Assembly: GCF_009914755.1 (NCBI RefSeq)
Contig: NC_060932.1
Direction: 5' to 3' (one strand)
Length of the DNA stretch: 64,000 nt
Source: the human T2T-CHM13v2.0 reference genome, Homo sapiens
Every line of letters begins with the position of its first letter. Within the stretch, counting starts at the first letter, position 1. A program made the position numbers and the translations under genes. Under the pieces are notes generated by a model. That model saw only the letters and a program-made list of their open reading frames with translations, made no database searches and had not been told where the DNA came from. Shown piece by piece: positions 62,318 through 64,000 of this stretch.

Positions 62318-64000
62318 CCTTTAAAGTTTCATAAGGGAAAATAAACCAATGCCCCTGCCAGAGATTATTATCAACAATCATTTGCTCCGACTGGCAGTCC
62401 TTTAAAAAAAAATACGAAGAACTGAAATATGGAAAACTTTAAACCAAGTAGCTGAAAAGATTCACCTTGAGCTCCAAAGGAAAAAGTCATGGAGAAGAGA
62501 TTTGTTTTGTAGAGCCTGATAGAAATGTTGTACGTGGTGGTAGGAGCTGTGGACATGGTGTATTTGCAGTGATATGGCTGAATAGAAATGACCCTGTAAT
62601 GACAAAGGACAGGAACCAGGTTGGCATACCCAGTATCATGCACATGCAGTACTTAACAAATGCTACTTGTTTGTTCTATAGTACAAACTGAGCAGTATGT
62701 GAAAATAGTCTGGAGACATTGGCTGGAGTGGAGAAGGGCAGCTTGGGAGTAGATGCCCTCTTAAATCTTGCCCAACATGTAAACTGCCATAATTCTTCTC
62801 CAGGTTTCTGCACTTTAACTTGAATTTCCTAAGTGTTCTATTTTATATAAGAGTACCATATCCTTTTATAGACAACATATATAACAATCTCAACTTCTGT
62901 ATAATAGCTATGAGAAGGAGGAAGGTAAAAAGAAAGGAAAGAGGCAGTGATTTATACGGGTCTGGCCAATATCAGGGCATTGGCACGCAGGAACAGCTTT
63001 AAACTAAAAGTGATAACTAGTTACCTGCAAACATGAAAAGGGAATTTTCAAAATCGAGAGGAATTATTATAAAGAAGAATAAAAAGAACCAGAACATATT
63101 TCTCCTCTGTAATATGAGCTTTCCATTTTAGGGTCGGTGTCAGCTATTTAAGCAGCTGAATTGGAGGTTTAGGTCACATGGGGAGGAAGAAAGTATAACT
63201 CTCTATAGCACTCTCAGACATATTTTTAAAGCCTTCAAATGTAAAGCTAAAAAGTAGAACTTCTTTTGCAATGAGTATTAACGTATTTTGGTCATAAGCC
63301 TCTTATGTGTATGTCATTTCTCATTACATCCCAGAATTTGTTCTGTTTTCCTAACTAACTAAATAAATAAACACCTTGCTGCCTTGCATCTCTAATGCAG
63401 GTCTATGCCAGGGCCAGTCCAGAAGCAGTTTGGACAGAAGTCAGCATGGTTAGAGGACAGATGGGGACTGATGAGGGGAGCAGGAGGCACTGGAAGAAGG
63501 CACAAGATTTACCCTGGTCAAAAGTTCCAGTGGCAGTTACAATAGAAATAGGTCATGTGGGCAAATTTGGGGCCGAAAAAAGATTTAAAATTGGGTGTCA
63601 TGAATTCAACTGGCAAGAGGTACAAAGTTTCCCATAACTTTCCATCTCAGCCTCCTGAGATCTGGTACTAGGTGGTGGGTGTCACCAATAATAACTTGAG
63701 AATTGAGAAGTACATATTCTCGCTTCACTCGTTTTCATGCCTATTTTTGGACATCCACCATGAACCAGGGAGTGAGCTGGGCTCCAGACCGGAGTGTGTT
63801 CCTAGCATCCCAAGCTGCACTCCTAGAGCATTCTCTTTTGGAACCATTCATTACACATGCCGGTTGGTTTCCATTCATTTCAAGGAGGATGGATTGAGGA
63901 CCTTCTGTAGAAAGCACCACCCTGGGTAATGAGCATACGGAGATGTTGAAGGCAATGTCACCGACTCTGACGTCACAGTCTAGTGGGTGAAATGGGCATG

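Overview
This window is human (great-ape-type) genomic DNA. It consists of about 56 kb of repeat-dense sequence upstream of MAL2, followed by the MAL2 CpG-island promoter, coding exon 1 (56941-57072) and the start of intron 1. The dominant element is a full-length L1PA2-type LINE-1 on the minus strand (about 7861-13876, 14-bp TSD), inserted into a MER4-family LTR. Its ORF1 is open but carries R261K, and its ORF2 is broken by a single nonsense codon (E938*). Its antisense promoter and both splice donors face MAL2, and a strong candidate internal exon lies at 18152-18253, so an L1-driven alternative MAL2 transcript is the best candidate for a functional system (inference). The most unusual structural signals are (i) a 290-bp L1 3'-transduction with a twin-priming inversion, whose target site matches the start of its own transduced flank at 14/15 nt (4978-5267), and (ii) several local templated-insertion or template-switch scars (37007->38865; 43429 and 44386->44861-46040; 47630-47940). 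The rest is Alu, LTR, MITE, L2, MIR and old L1 sequence. Repeat subfamily names come from recalled consensus motifs and need RepeatMasker/Dfam confirmation. I found no prokaryotic-type systems, CRISPR arrays, tRNA or rRNA genes.
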